DNA of 48,442 bases, filler included, from Jimgerdemannia flammicorona (Eukaryota): the NCBI GenBank assembly GCA_003990765.1. It is 2 parts of 2 records of this genome, joined end to end, with 100 filler letters (N's around TTAATTAATTAA, not from the genome) between each part and the next. Parts side by side here need not be neighbours in the genome. Positions count along the whole stretch, not along the records: positions 1 to 24,176 come from RBNJ01001012.1; 1 more part is not named here. The stretch is one strand, 5' to 3'. The notes under the pieces were generated by a model. That model worked only from the letters and a program-made list of their open reading frames with translations, was not told the origin of the DNA and did not search any database. This document shows, in pieces, positions 1-11,759 of this stretch. Within the stretch, counting starts at the first letter, position 1, and each line of letters begins with the position of its first letter. Made by a program: the position numbers and the translations under genes.

Positions 1-387
1 AAAAAAAAAAAAAAGAGGTCTGGTGCAGATGCCGGAACACTGGCTGGGAGAGTGCAAGGTTTTGGGAAACTTTTGAGTAGTGATAGGGAATAGACTGGGT
101 GTGGAGTAAAGGCTAGCAGGTATGGGGAGCTGCTGGGGGGACTTGAAATCTCAGCTAGTGGGTGGAGTGGGTGATAGTTGGCTCACTGTAGGGTGGGTGT
201 TAGCAGTGTGAGTGGGACTGACAGGTCATTGGCTCTTTGTATTTGAGGAGGGGCAGCAGATGGGGCTGCAGGAGAAGATATTATGGTGAGAGGAGCTGTT
301 GGGAGATCTGCTAACAGGATGGTGGGTTGGTTGGGGCCCTCAGGGGGGGCAACATTGTAGTTTGGTGGCTAGGATCTATGAGCAGAG

Positions 388-470
388 TGGATGGGTTGCA
401 TGTGGATGGGTTGCATGCAAATGGGTTGCATGTGGGTGAGTTGCATGCAAGTGGGTTGCATATAGGTGTG
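388..470. repeat. ~15-bp tandem repeat (ATGGGTTGCATG(T/C)(G/A)(G/A)), about 5 copies
   Basis: Directly visible; a related ATGAGTTG(C/T)AT array lies at ~570-610. Confidence 0.85.
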
Positions 471-1328
471 GGTGTTTTTTAGGGAGAGACTACATAAAAA
501 ATAAAATTAAATAAAACATAAAGATGGATATTTCAGAAAAAGAGCATAAGTGAGTGAGTAAGTGAGCTGTATACCAATGAGTTGCATACCGATGAGTTGT
601 ATGAGTTGCACAAAATTGCTCACAAAGGCTTGCTTCTGTTCCTTTTGAGACCTCCACCATGCGATGCATTGACTCAATAGCTCAGCCACCAAAGGCATGT
701 CCCACAACATCCTCCAACCTTTCTTCATCTTGACCAGATATTGTAAATAAAGTCAGCAGATCTTGCCATAGAGCTGTAGACCCTAAGAAGAGCATGAGGT
801 GAATCAGGTCATGCTAGGGGAATTTAAACAAGTAAAAAGTAGTGGCAGAAAAGAGCAATCTATATCTACTACTGGCTGCTCCAAAAAGGCTGCTGCATAT
901 ATAGCTGTGAGATCTGTGAATTCTAAGGTCTGAAGGGTCACCATAAGTTGTTGCTGGAATTCACCCTCATCTCTACCATCACTATCACCATTACTGTCAC
1001 CATCACCACCACCATTGCCTCTTTGGCTCTCAATGAGCAGCTTGTGTACTGCCCATATGAGAAAGAATCTAACATTGTCAGCAGAGAGTATATTTCCATC
1101 TTGAATACTCCCTCTTTTAATGATCATTATAGGGTGAAAAATGAGTAGACTGGACCAATATATGAATTAAGGGCTGCTGTTTTGTTTGCTCATAATGCAG
1201 TAGAAAAGAATAAAGAAAAAGAATAAAAAAAAGAGAGGAAACAAAGAAAAGAGTGATGTCACCAAAGTGCAGTAGGAAAAAAAAATGAGAGTGAAATAAA
1301 CAAAAGAAAGGGTGATGTTATCAAAGAT

Positions 1329-1470
1329 TTCAATCCAGATGGATCAATCTGGATAGATCAATCTGGATGGATCAATCTGAATGGATCAATCCAGATAGAT
1401 CAGTCCGGATCAATCCAGATAGATCATCCAGATAGATCAATCTGGATGGATCAATCCAGATCAGATCACA
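1329..1470. repeat. Subterminal tandem array of ~14-bp near-palindromic units (GATCAATCTGGAT / GATCAATCCAGAT)
   Basis: About 9-10 copies, 90-230 bp inside the putative transposon terminus. Confidence 0.85.
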
Positions 1471-1556
1471 AGACCAATCCAAGTTGATTTGAATCTATCA
1501 CATGATGAACCTGAATTGAATCTCATCCAGATCAACTCCATTCATTTGGAGCACTA

Positions 1557-2476
1557 ATCATCATATTCGGTGGCAGTGAGAACAAGGAGATCTGGAGCTC
1601 TTCAGTCTATGAGGTTCTCTTCTACAAAATAGAGAACAAATGTGGGATCTTGGGGAGGTCTAACCTGGATGCTTGGACCTTGGAATACTGAGATCAATCC
1701 TTGTAGGAATTGGTCTGAGTTGTTCTGAAGAATAGGATGCTAGAAGTCTTCTACTTCATCACTATTGAGGGTGATAGTGGACTGGGCTTCTGTAGCTACC
1801 CTGGCTTCTAGTACATTGATACAGTGGGATGACAGGTCTCTGAAATCTGAGACTCTAACATACTCTAAGTTGGAGATTGACTATGATGCATACCTGAAGA
1901 TCTGATGGATCTTCTTAGCTGTCCTTATTTTATATATATCTATGGGAGTGACATCTTGTAGCTCTTGAGTGCTGGCCTGTGGGAACTCCCAGCAAAGGAG
2001 GTTTCCTATTTCATACTCCTGCTACATTTGGAGGCATTCAGTAGCAATGGTGATCCTTGTTTCCATTTTACAGCAGTAGAGGATATAGTGATAAGGGTCA
2101 CTAGTATCCAGATTAACACTAGGAGTCCTTTTTAAGTAGGTCCTCATAGCTCTTCTGATGTCTTGAAACATCCTTTCTTCAACTGAGGTGCCTTGGTGGT
2201 TCCTTGATCTTGAGGTTTGGTGGGCAGCAGGCATTTTATTTGTAGTGAGTCTTTGGGCTATTTTGGGATTAGTGGGTCTTATTGGTTGCTGTTACTGCAG
2301 TTTCTTGATCCTTCTTTTATATTCCTCAGAATGCTTGTACTGTGGTTACAATGACTCACAGTTGGTCATCATTGCTCATCTTGTATGCTGTATGATCTTC
2401 TTGTACTCCAATCTGATGGCTTATAAGGAAAGACTATCTCCTGTGCTGATGTCATCATTCTGGGGTCACCATTACA
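1557..2476 (-). repeat. 3' LTR of Gypsy A, truncated by the DNA-transposon insertion
   Basis: Colinear with ~6938-7857; starts TGTAAT on minus directly after the PPT. Confidence 0.92.
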
Positions 2477-2820
2477 TCTTCCTCCTGAATAAGGATCTTC
2501 TCGAGTGTCCTTATTCATTGGTCTAGTCCTAAAAAATTTGCTGATTCTATAATCTCTAGCAAGGGGTTGAAAAGTGGTATTTATGAGCTGGCATCTTCTC
2601 TTTGTATTTTGGCATAATGGTGAAGAGTTGCTCCCTTTATATAGAGCAAGGGCCTGATTCTGATATTGACCAATCAGTTAATGGTTCAAACTCCTCTGGC
2701 TTTGAAAGTCTCATAGATAAGTAGTTACTGGTGCTGTATCCCTTAGAGAATGGTCCAGACAGATAGCCTTCTGGTTACAGGACATGCTGTTATGATTCAT
2801 GGACTAGAACCTTGTAGGTG
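2455..2820 (-). pseudogene. Putative accessory ORF after integrase in Gypsy A, reading through the PPT into the first codons of the LTR
   Basis: Frame reads LLIYETFKARGV*TIN*LVNIRIRPLLYIKG...NPLLEIIESANFLGLDQ*IRTLEKILIQEEDVMVTPE*. Several stops, so support rests on position and motif resemblance. Confidence 0.4.
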
Positions 2821-3728
2821 GTCATCATATTTTGCTTTTCTTATATAGGTTCATAATACTTCTTGAGTCTGTTCCTATATACTATGGTAGGCAGTATAGT
2901 CTCTGAGATTTTTCTAAGCCAGAAGGTAGTTCCCTTGATATCTTGCACATAGAAGGGTTCTTCCCATTTGGGTTCCAGTTTTTGTAACTATGAGGCTTCT
3001 ACCATATTTTAATATAGTAGGACCTTTTCTCCAATTTAGATGGGTTCTAGGGCCTTGTGATTCTTTTCTGCATTATTTCTTATCAGTGCTTGTAACTTGA
3101 TAATGTAATCTTCAGCCTTCTTCCTGATTTTGTATAGTCTCCAGATTTCTGCATCAACCTGTCTCTAAGTTAGGTCTAGATTTGTGGCTGAGGTTCCATC
3201 AGAATCTTCTTCTCCAAAGAGCAGTTTCCTTGGGGTAAAGTGTGTGCTCTGTGACCATATGTTTCATAGGATAGAGAGGGCAGTTGGGAGATAATTATCC
3301 CAATTCTCATATGTCTCTGAGATCTTCACTAGGATGTTCTTGAGGGTCTTATTGGTTCTCTCTATCTATCTATTTCCTTGAGGGTGGTACATGGTGGTCT
3401 TGATATGCTGGATCTTATATTTCTGATATATTATCTTATGGAATCTATTGACAAATTCTGTGCTGCAGTCTGTTGTGATTTGCTTCAGTGTCTTGTAGTG
3501 GCAGATAATTTCTCAGTATAGGAAGTCAGCTATAGAGAGGGCATTGACTTCTTATAATACTCCTGCTTCTATCCATTTGGTGAAGAGGTCTACAATAACT
3601 ATAATATAGTGGTTTCCTAATAATATTACTGGTAGTAGCCCAATGATATCTATTGTGATGTGGTGGAAGGGGATAGGCTCAATTCTTGATAATCTGGATG
3701 CCTGGTCTTGCTGATCTTGTTTTTGTTT

Positions 3729-4020
3729 TTAGCACTTATCACACCCTTTGACAAATTGGCACAGGTCTTCTTCTATGAGGAAGATCTTGCCAGTATAATT
3801 AGGGTCAATTACTCCTCCTTCAACTGAGATTTTGCTTTTGGCCAGACTGCTCCTGGTCTTGATAATTCTGGCATAGTTTTCTGGCAGCTTGACTCCAATT
3901 CCAGTGCCAAGTAGGGTGGTGGTCTGTGGTTCAAGGGTAGTATCTTGAATGCCGGCAAGGTCCATTCCTATGGCTCCTTCAGTCTTGTATTCTGAGATCT
4001 TAGCTTTAGGGTAAAACTTC
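3729..4020 (-). pseudogene. Retrotransposon dUTPase remnant joined by deletion to the integrase zinc-binding region
   Basis: MDLAGIQDTTLEPQTTTLLGTGI..IKTRSSLAKSKISVEGGVIDPNYTGKIFL continues directly as IEEDLCQFVKGCDKC. Confidence 0.88.
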
Positions 4021-6245
4021 TTGATCTTGAGGATAATATCTGATTCTTATTCCTCCTTGTCATCACTATCAGCCTGAAGCTCTGGGGGCTAGTCATCTTC
4101 TTCAGCTTTCTTTTTTGCTTTGGCAGCTTCTTGCTTGTGTTTCTGTTAGTAGATTTTCCTAACTTCACTGATACAGGACCAGCAGTCATTCAGGTATTCA
4201 GAGCAGTACATCCTAGTGCCATAGGGGCATCTTCCTTGAGGGGCATAGCTATTGATGATCTTGTTGTATCACTGCTCATCTGTGAGCTTGGGTGTCTTGT
4301 TCTTGTTCTTGTTCACCAAGTATATGAAGACCTCTGTATCCTCTTCATCTCCTTCCTCTATGTCTGATAGGACTCCTTTGTGGATATTGATAGAGACTTG
4401 TACCTTTCTTCCTCTATAGTTGATCTGCATCTTCTGGACATTAAGGTCAATGATAGCCTTGGCCTTATGAAGCCATTGGTTGCCAATGAGGATGTCATAG
4501 TTGGTGGTACTTGTGACAATCACATCTACTGGAATGGTAGCTCCTTTTATCTTGATAGAGACTTCTCAGATTTTTCCAAGGGGGGTAGCTCGTATACCAT
4601 CTGCTGTAATATAGATCATCTTGGTAGACTCTTCAATGTCCCAACCTAGGCAGTCAATTGCCTTTTTGCTCATAAGGTATCCTCTAGCACTAGTATCAAT
4701 GATAGCATCAAAGATACAGTCTTCAATCTGACATGAGGTATAGACTGATATCTTGTACTAGTCTTCGGATTCTTCATCTGAGTTTTCAGATTCTTCCTAT
4801 GCATTGTGAGCTTCTACAATCTTATACTCTTGATTCTTGGCAGTAGTTGCAAGTCCTACTCTCAACTGCTGTCTGAAGGCAGGGACTTTAGCTAGCTGTC
4901 CAAAGGTAGCATTGACCTTCTGCTCCTTGAGGTCCTTGTAGATATCATACTGATGGATCTTGGTCTTGTGTAGCTTCTGTTCCTTCTGGCTCTCACTTTC
5001 TTCTGAGACTGGAGTGGTGTCTTCAATAATTTGGCAGGCAGCTTCATCTAACTCCATATCTTAATCAATCTCCTTAGGTTGAGTCTTGCTTTGAATAGTG
5101 ATAGCTGGGGTCTTCTTTGGTCTTCCAACTGGCTTACTGTTGCTCTTCCTGTCATAGGGCTTGGACTGGGTTCTGGTACCTTCAGTAGCAGGGTAGAATT
5201 TGAGCTCCTCATAGTATTCTTCATCATCAGTGTCACCAATCTCCTCAATGACAACTATATTGATTTGTTCTCTGGTTCTGCTAGCATTGCTTAGTTGGAC
5301 TTTGTGTCTTGTTTTGGTTATGCAATTCTTTGCATAGTGGCCTTCTTCTCTACATCTAAAGCATGTAATATTGCATTCTTCTGTAGCAGCTACAAATCTC
5401 TACACTGGTCTCCTGTTGGTGCTTCAGACTTCTCTAATAACATCACTAAGGTGTACAGTCATCTTGGCAAACTACTTGGTGAGTTCCTCCACTGGGTCAG
5501 CTTTGGCTGTCTTGGGGGTAGGTGGGGATATTTGTCTGTTTACAACTATGGCAGATATAATACTAGTTGGCTTTGATGGCTCCATCTTGATACCAGTTAT
5601 TTTCTCTATTGAGTATTTGGTAGAGAGTCTAGCAGTCTAATATCTCTATACAAAGACCACTTTCTGATCAAGAGTCAGTACAGCTGGGGTAGACCAGATT
5701 GCTAGGGCAATTTCAGGGTGAACTCCTTTAAGGAAGGTTGAATCTGCTATTTGTTCCTTGAGGTGGTCATCATAGTCAGCCAGGACAATCTGATAGCAGA
5801 TTTGGGTATAGAATGAGTTGGGATCTTTACTAAGTCCCTAGCAGATAGTATTAAGTTGATCCTTGAGAGCTTGCTTGATCTCTTCAATATAATATGTTGT
5901 TCTGAGGAAGGCCTTCATGTTGGCAAGTTTGGCTGTACTATTATCAGCAATAGTGACTGTATTGAACTTGTCTCTGGCAGGTCCTCTGAGGCTGACTGAT
6001 AGAAGGACCAATTGAGCATCCACACCAAGGGCTTGTACAGTAGTGAATTGTTCAAAGTCTTCAATGAAGGTCAGGATTGACTCTTCAGTAGTATATCTAT
6101 AGAATATAGGGGGATGCATTTCCATCTTATCTTGAATTCTTGCAGGGATGACTCTTGTAGTCAGGGTAGTTATTGTGGGGATTGTTCATTTTTTAGCTTG
6201 AAAGTGAGGGATTTATCTTGAATCACCAGCCAATGGGCACCAAGT

Positions 6246-7857
6246 TGTCACATAGTGGTTGCTAAGTCCTTCAAATATGCCAGATTCTCTTCAAGGTATA
6301 TCTCTTAGACTAACTCAAGTTTGTTATAAGTAAGTTCTTATTGGAGTGCCTTCCCAAGGTCTTATAGTTCTCAAACTTTTTATCTTTAACTGTCTTGTTA
6401 TCTCTTAGATTGCTTGCAAGAAAGTGTGTATAAGTGAACTGAAACTGACTTTATTTCAGAGGAAATAAGAGGGATATTTATACAAAATATAATTCAATGG
6501 TTGCTAAGATATAAAGCTAAATATAAATTCCAATAATTAAAATAAAATGCTAGGACAGAAAAAACTACTAAGTTCTAGGGTTGGTACTGATGGTTGTACA
6601 GGTTTAGGATGCTGATATAATTCAGTATCATATCAGAATACTAGTGCTGGCATTATTTAGTGTTACATCAAATGTCAGTGCTGGGACAATTTCATGTTAC
6701 CTCAGAATGCTGGTGCTGGTATTATTCAGTGTAACAAGGAACTTAGAGCAGAATGTTCAGAACTATGGGGGCTTCATCCTTATTATCAGAGGTCAGGATA
6801 TCTTTAAAGGAGATGAGGTCTATGAACATTTTGTCAAGGTCATGTAGGTCATGCATTTTGCATGCTTTGAGTATCTCATGTATATCACATATCTCATATA
6901 TGTCGAAGTCATGTGGGATGATGTCATTGCTGATGATGTCATCATGTTTGGTGGTAGTAAGAATAAGGAGATCTGGAGCTCTCTAGTCTATGAGATTCTC
7001 TTCTACAAAATAGAGAACAAATGTGGGGTCTTGGGGAGGTCTAATCTGGATGTTTGGGTCTTGGAATACTGAGATCAATTCTTACAAGAATTGGTCTGGG
7101 TTGTCCTGAAGAATAGAATGCCAGAAGTCTTCTACTTTATCACTATTGAGGGTGATAGTGAACTGGGCTTCTATAGCCACCCTGGCTTCTAGTATATTGA
7201 TATGGTGGGATGACAGGTCTCTGAAATCTGAGACTCTAACATACTCCAAGTTGGGGATCAACCATGGTATATGCCTAAAGATCTGATGGATCTTCTTAGC
7301 TATTCTTATTTTATATATATCCATGGGAGTGGTATCTTGTAGCTCTTGAGTACTGGCCTGTGGAAACTCCCAGTAGAGGAGGTTTCCTATTTCATACTCC
7401 TACCACATTTGGAGGCATTCGGTAGCAATAGTGATCCTTGTTTCTATTTTACAGCAGTAGAGGATATAGTGATAAGGGTTACCAGTACCCAGGTTAACAC
7501 TAGGAGTCCTTCTTGAGTGGGTCCTCATAGCTCTTCTGATGTCTTGAAATATTCTTTTTTCAACTGAGGTGTCTTGGTGATTCCTTGATCTTGAGGTTTG
7601 GTGGACAGTAGACATTTCATTTATAGTGAGTCTTTGGACTATTTTGAGATTAGTGGGTCTTATTAGTTACTGTTACTGCAGTTTCTTGATCCTTCTTTTA
7701 TATTCCTCAGAGTGCTTATACTGTGGTCACAATTACTTACAGTTGGTTATCATTGCTCATCTCATATACCATATGATCTTCTTGTGCTCCAATCTGGTGG
7801 CTTACAAGAAAAGACTATCTCCTGTACTGATGTCATCATTCTGGGGTCACTATTACA
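6246..7857 (-). repeat. 5' LTR of Gypsy A (1612 bp), containing an ORF remnant
   Basis: TG...CA ends, adjacent PBS, ATAT flank at 7858-7861; homologous to 1557-2476 and 18915-20431. Confidence 0.93.
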
Positions 7858-10624
7858 ATATATAGGAATATTAATAAACTCTCAGATATCTTCATAAATA
7901 TACTATATACTTTAGATATAAGTAAGAACCTCTTCTCAATAGACCAGATAATGGCTCAAGAAGATAAAGGAGTAAATATACAACTAAATAATATAATAGT
8001 AATCAATCTAAAGAATAATAAAGAGTTAATATATGTATATATTGAAAAAGTAGAACCTATATATAATTGATAATATACTAAGTAGTATATTATCTGCATA
8101 TTCTGCAATGATCAGAGAGGATCTCTGGTATATATAATACAAATACTTAGAACACATTAGCAAGATAAGCCTAGAACAGATGATAAGGAGTAGTTTAGCT
8201 AAACTATATATTTCTAAATTTCTTATAATAGATGTATAGCAAATAAGACTTTCTGGTGATCTTTTCAGAAATGGATAAAATGAGTAGTTAGCATTTTTAA
8301 CATAATACATATAGATATCTGTAGTCTTATACAAATGGCAACATACTCTGAGAAGAAATATTTTATTACTTTTATTGATAATTATACTCACAAAACCTAT
8401 ATACTTCTTTATAATAAAAAATGAGATATTCAAAAATTCTGAGAATTTAAAGTAACTATGGAGAATGAAATAGAATATAATATATAGATCTTATACTCAG
8501 ATAATAGTAAGAAATATATCAATAAAGCCTTTAGATACTTCTTAAAAAAGTATGATATTCAATACTCTATTATATATCTGAACAGAATTATATAGCAGAA
8601 TGCTTTAATTGAATAGTAGTAAAGATGGCTTAAATAATAATAAATATGACTAGCTTTATACTCCTTTTGAATTGAGACAGTGAATATAGTGATATATATC
8701 TAAAATTATTATATTTTTCAAGCTCTAAGCAAGGAATTCAGTAATAATCAGTAATCTAGAAATGATAGTGATTTTATCTCTGAAGAATTATAGAGTAGAT
8801 CTTAGTCCAATATCTCACATCTATAGATATTTGGAAGCAAGGCTTACATTCTGAATAAAGGCAGCAATAAAGACAAATTCAAGTCTAAGGCAGATAAGTA
8901 TATATTTCTTAAATATAATAGAGCAGTATATAGATTATAGAACTTATAAAAATATTATATAGTTATCTCTCATGATATTCAATTTAAGAAAACAAAGCAG
9001 GAAATTTATATAAAAATTTCTATCTTTATTAACCTAACAGTATAGCTAGTAAAACCTATACTAGTACTAGTGTAATATATATATATCAATAAGGCTATCA
9101 GAGCTAAGAATTATAGAAATTATAGATAAAGATAATGATGAGAATACTTTTCTGAAAGGTAAAAAAAAGTATAAATCTAGACTATAAAATAAAGTTGAAG
9201 TAGATTTAGAAGATTATTGAGATCAATCTAAGACATTTTATTATAAACATTATGTAAACTATATCTATGAGTATATATAGTAATGACTAGTGAGCTAGAA
9301 AACTACAATATATACCCAGATAATAAGAAAGAGTAGAAAAAGGCTATAAATGAGAAATATAATTTACTCATCAAGAATAATATATAAGATTTAGTCTCTC
9401 TTTCAGTGAATCAATAAGCAATAGAATCTTACTAGATATATAAAGTTAAATATAATAATAATAATAATATAGAGTAGTATAAGACTCAATTTGTGGCAAA
9501 GGAGTATTCACAAGGATATAGTATAGACTACAATAAGACCTTTTTCCTAATATTCAAACTTACTTCACTTAGAATACTTCTTGTAATCAGAGCTAAATAT
9601 AATTACAAAATTCACCAAATAGATATTAAGATAGCTTTCTTGAACAACAATATAGATACAGAGCTATATATTTATCAACCACAAGGATAAGAACTATATA
9701 ATGATAGAAATGAGCTTATATATAAACTATATAAAGGTCTCTATAGTATAAAATAAGTAGTAAGGCTATAGAACTGAAAAATCAACAAATATCTCTTAGA
9801 TAATAGATTTAAGTATTGTGAGGATAATTTATATATATACCTGATATATATATATTCTCAAGAATAATATACTTAAGAATCTAGATCAACAATATTATTT
9901 AGATCAGAATAGTAAATAAGATTAATAATGTAAAGATAATACTATATCAGAAATTCAAAATAACAGATATAGATAATGTGTCTTATATTCTTAGAATATT
10001 AATTATATATAATAAGTACAAGTATACCATATATTTATCACAAGTTATATATATTTAGACTATAATTTATATTAAATAGTAATCAAGTATATTTTCAGAT
10101 ATATTAAAGATATAGTATATTGTATACTCAGTTTGGATGATGATAAGAGATAAAGCAGGAGTAGTACAATAAGGCTATCTAGCATATATAATATAAACTG
10201 GGCTGGAGATCTTGATGATCAGTACTCTATAACTAAATATATCTTTAAAATTAGTGAAAATAGAGCTATTTCATAGTAAATACATAAGAAATCTTTGGTG
10301 GTAATATTATCTATACAAGCAGAGTATTAAGTATTATTTATGATAATAAAGGAAGCCATATAGCTTTAGAAACTATTAAAGAAGTTGAGATTTTCTTAAG
10401 AATAGTACTCTATGCTACTCTAATAAGACAATCAATCTATGATTACTATAGTAAAGAATCCTATATATTACATAGAATAAAGCATATTGATATATAGTAT
10501 TATTTTATATGAGAATATATGAAAAATAGTATTATATACTTAAAATACATCTCAATAGAGTATATGATAGTAGAATTATTGACTAAAGTTCTTTTAAAGA
10601 CTAAGTTTGATTTATATATAAAAG
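7858..10624 (+). mobile_element. Highly eroded Ty1/Copia pol (pre-integrase, IN, RT, RNase H)
   Basis: Degenerate motifs in Copia order: ILYSDNSKKYI (~8487; cf. LRSDNGGEY), EQNYIAECFN (cf. PEQNGVAER), YKTQFVAKEYSQGYSIDYNKTF..IHQIDIKIAFLNNNIDTELYIYQPQG (RT, 9478-9690), STQAEY, DNQS and KHIDI (RNase H, ~10310-10495). Confidence 0.88.
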
Positions 10625-11206
10625 TAGTGCTCTAAATAAGTCAATTTAATCCAGATTGAATTCAGATTAGATTCAGATTAAATACCATCTAGATCAATTT
10701 GAATCAACTATTATTTTGATTTCCAAATTAGATAATTATATATTTACATCAATAACTTAATAAATAATCATCTAATTTTGATGATCTTAGTATTATTTGA
10801 ATGCTCTTAATAAGACCTTTCTAATGATACTAAGAATATTAAAATCGGATTATATATTGTTAAGCTATTAAGAAAAACATTCTTATAAAAAAATTTCTAA
10901 AATTAGCAAGTTAAATAATTTTCAAAATTGGTGAGTCAGACATTTTCCTTAATAACTCAGTAATATATAATTTAATTTCAATATTCTTGATATCATTAGA
11001 AAGGCCTTATTAAGAACCTTCAAATAATATCAAGATTATTAAAATTGGATAATTATTTATCAAGTTATTGATATAAATATTTAATTATCTAATTTGGAAA
11101 TCAAAACAATAGTTGATTCAAATCAATCTGAATGGAATTTGAATTCCATCTGAGTTGATCTAGATGAGATTTGAATCTGATCCAGATTAGCTTATTTAGA
11201 GTACTA
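10625..11206. mobile_element. Fold-back MITE with ~250-bp imperfect terminal inverted repeats, probably hAT superfamily
   Basis: TAGTGCTCTAAATAAG...CTTATTTAGAGTACTA; arms pair to about 10880/10940. Left flank TATAAAAG (10617-10624) versus right flank TATAAAAT once Gypsy B is removed (17987-17994), a 7/8 match to an 8-bp TSD. Confidence 0.8.
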
Positions 11207-11207
11207 T

Positions 11208-11703
11208 TGTGATAGTCAATCCAAATTAGTAATATGAATCAGAGAAATTAGACATTTGATCATGATACCTGAATCCAATTCCCAATATAGCTTAGCCTTA
11301 CAAATAGCAGTCATATTTTACAAGTGTAGAAACTTTAACATTTGTAGAAACTTTGGCAACTGTAGAAATTCTACAGATATAAATCCTTCATAATCATAAA
11401 GATTCTGGCAGATGTAGAAAATTTACACTTACTGACTCACAGAAAATGTAGTCATAACTTAGCCACCTTATAGCTAGCAAAACTTGTATAAATAACCCAG
11501 TATCTTAGAGTGAATAAACCCCAGATCGAAATAGTTCAAAGCAAAGAGATAGCAAAGAAACTAGTAAGCCTACGGGCAGATATACTTCAAACTCACCCAC
11601 TCTCCCCTGCAACTTCAAAAGACTCTGTGAGAGTCAGAACAGTCAAGTTTTTAAGATACAGAAATCCAACATACTTTTAAGAGTAAGTATCCACTATGTT
11701 ACA
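11208..11703 (+). repeat. 5' LTR of Gypsy B
   Basis: TGTGA...TGTTACA; TATA-like TGTATAAATA at 11485-11494 and AATAAA at 11513-11518. Confidence 0.96.
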
Positions 11704-11706
11704 ACT

Positions 11707-11720
11707 TGGTGCCCATTGGC
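11707..11720 (+). promoter_or_regulatory. Primer-binding site TGGTGCCCATTGGC (primer tRNA not identified)
   Basis: Starts with TGG 3 nt after the LTR; identical in element A at 6229-6242 (minus). Confidence 0.75.
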
Positions 11721-11759
11721 TAGTAATTTAAGACGAATTCCTCACTTTCAAGCTGAACA

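Larger units (their letters stand above)
1..1556. mobile_element. One end of a degenerate DNA transposon (hAT-like terminus) inserted into the 3' LTR of Gypsy A; the other end lies outside the window
   Basis: Ends in ...TTCATTTGGAGCACTA (1556), resembling the MITE terminus TTATTTAGAGTACTA (11206). LTR-A sequence starts abruptly at 1557. Subterminal GATCAATC(T/C)(G/A)GAT arrays are present and CpG is almost absent. No transposase motif recognised. Confidence 0.5.
1557..7857 (-). mobile_element. Ty3/Gypsy LTR retrotransposon A; degenerate, RT and RNase H deleted; order gag-PR-dUTPase-[deletion]-IN-accessory ORF
   Basis: 5' LTR 6246-7857 (TGTAAT...TGTGACA on minus). PBS-like TGGTGCCCATTGGC at 6229-6242. 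Gag knuckle CFRCREEGHYAKNC (~5325-5367), protease AIIDTSARG (~4685-4710), dUTPase (RSSLAKS..GGVIDPNYTG), integrase (CDKC, WEEPFYVQDIKG). PPT AGGAGGAAGA at 2477-2486. 3' LTR 1557-2476. Confidence 0.93.

Noticed and set aside
1329..1470. Regular short repeats suggesting a CRISPR array
   Set aside because: No unique spacers, no cas genes and a eukaryotic context; these are transposon subterminal repeats.
2188..2526. Hydrophobic plus-strand ORFs (also 7626-7865) as an env or membrane protein
   Set aside because: Antisense shadows of the A-rich LTR strand.
2521..2580. LLEIIESANFLGLDQ resembling a Skp1/BTB helix
   Set aside because: A single short amphipathic segment in a decayed frame; chance resemblance is likely.
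2630..2680. ATTGG plus TATATAAAGG on minus as an internal promoter for the LTR ORF
   Set aside because: The same bases fit the putative accessory reading frame, and TATA-like words arise easily after C-to-T erosion; not supportable.
8026..8433. 135-aa I/Y/K-rich minus ORF
   Set aside because: Antisense to the eroded Copia; a compositional artefact.
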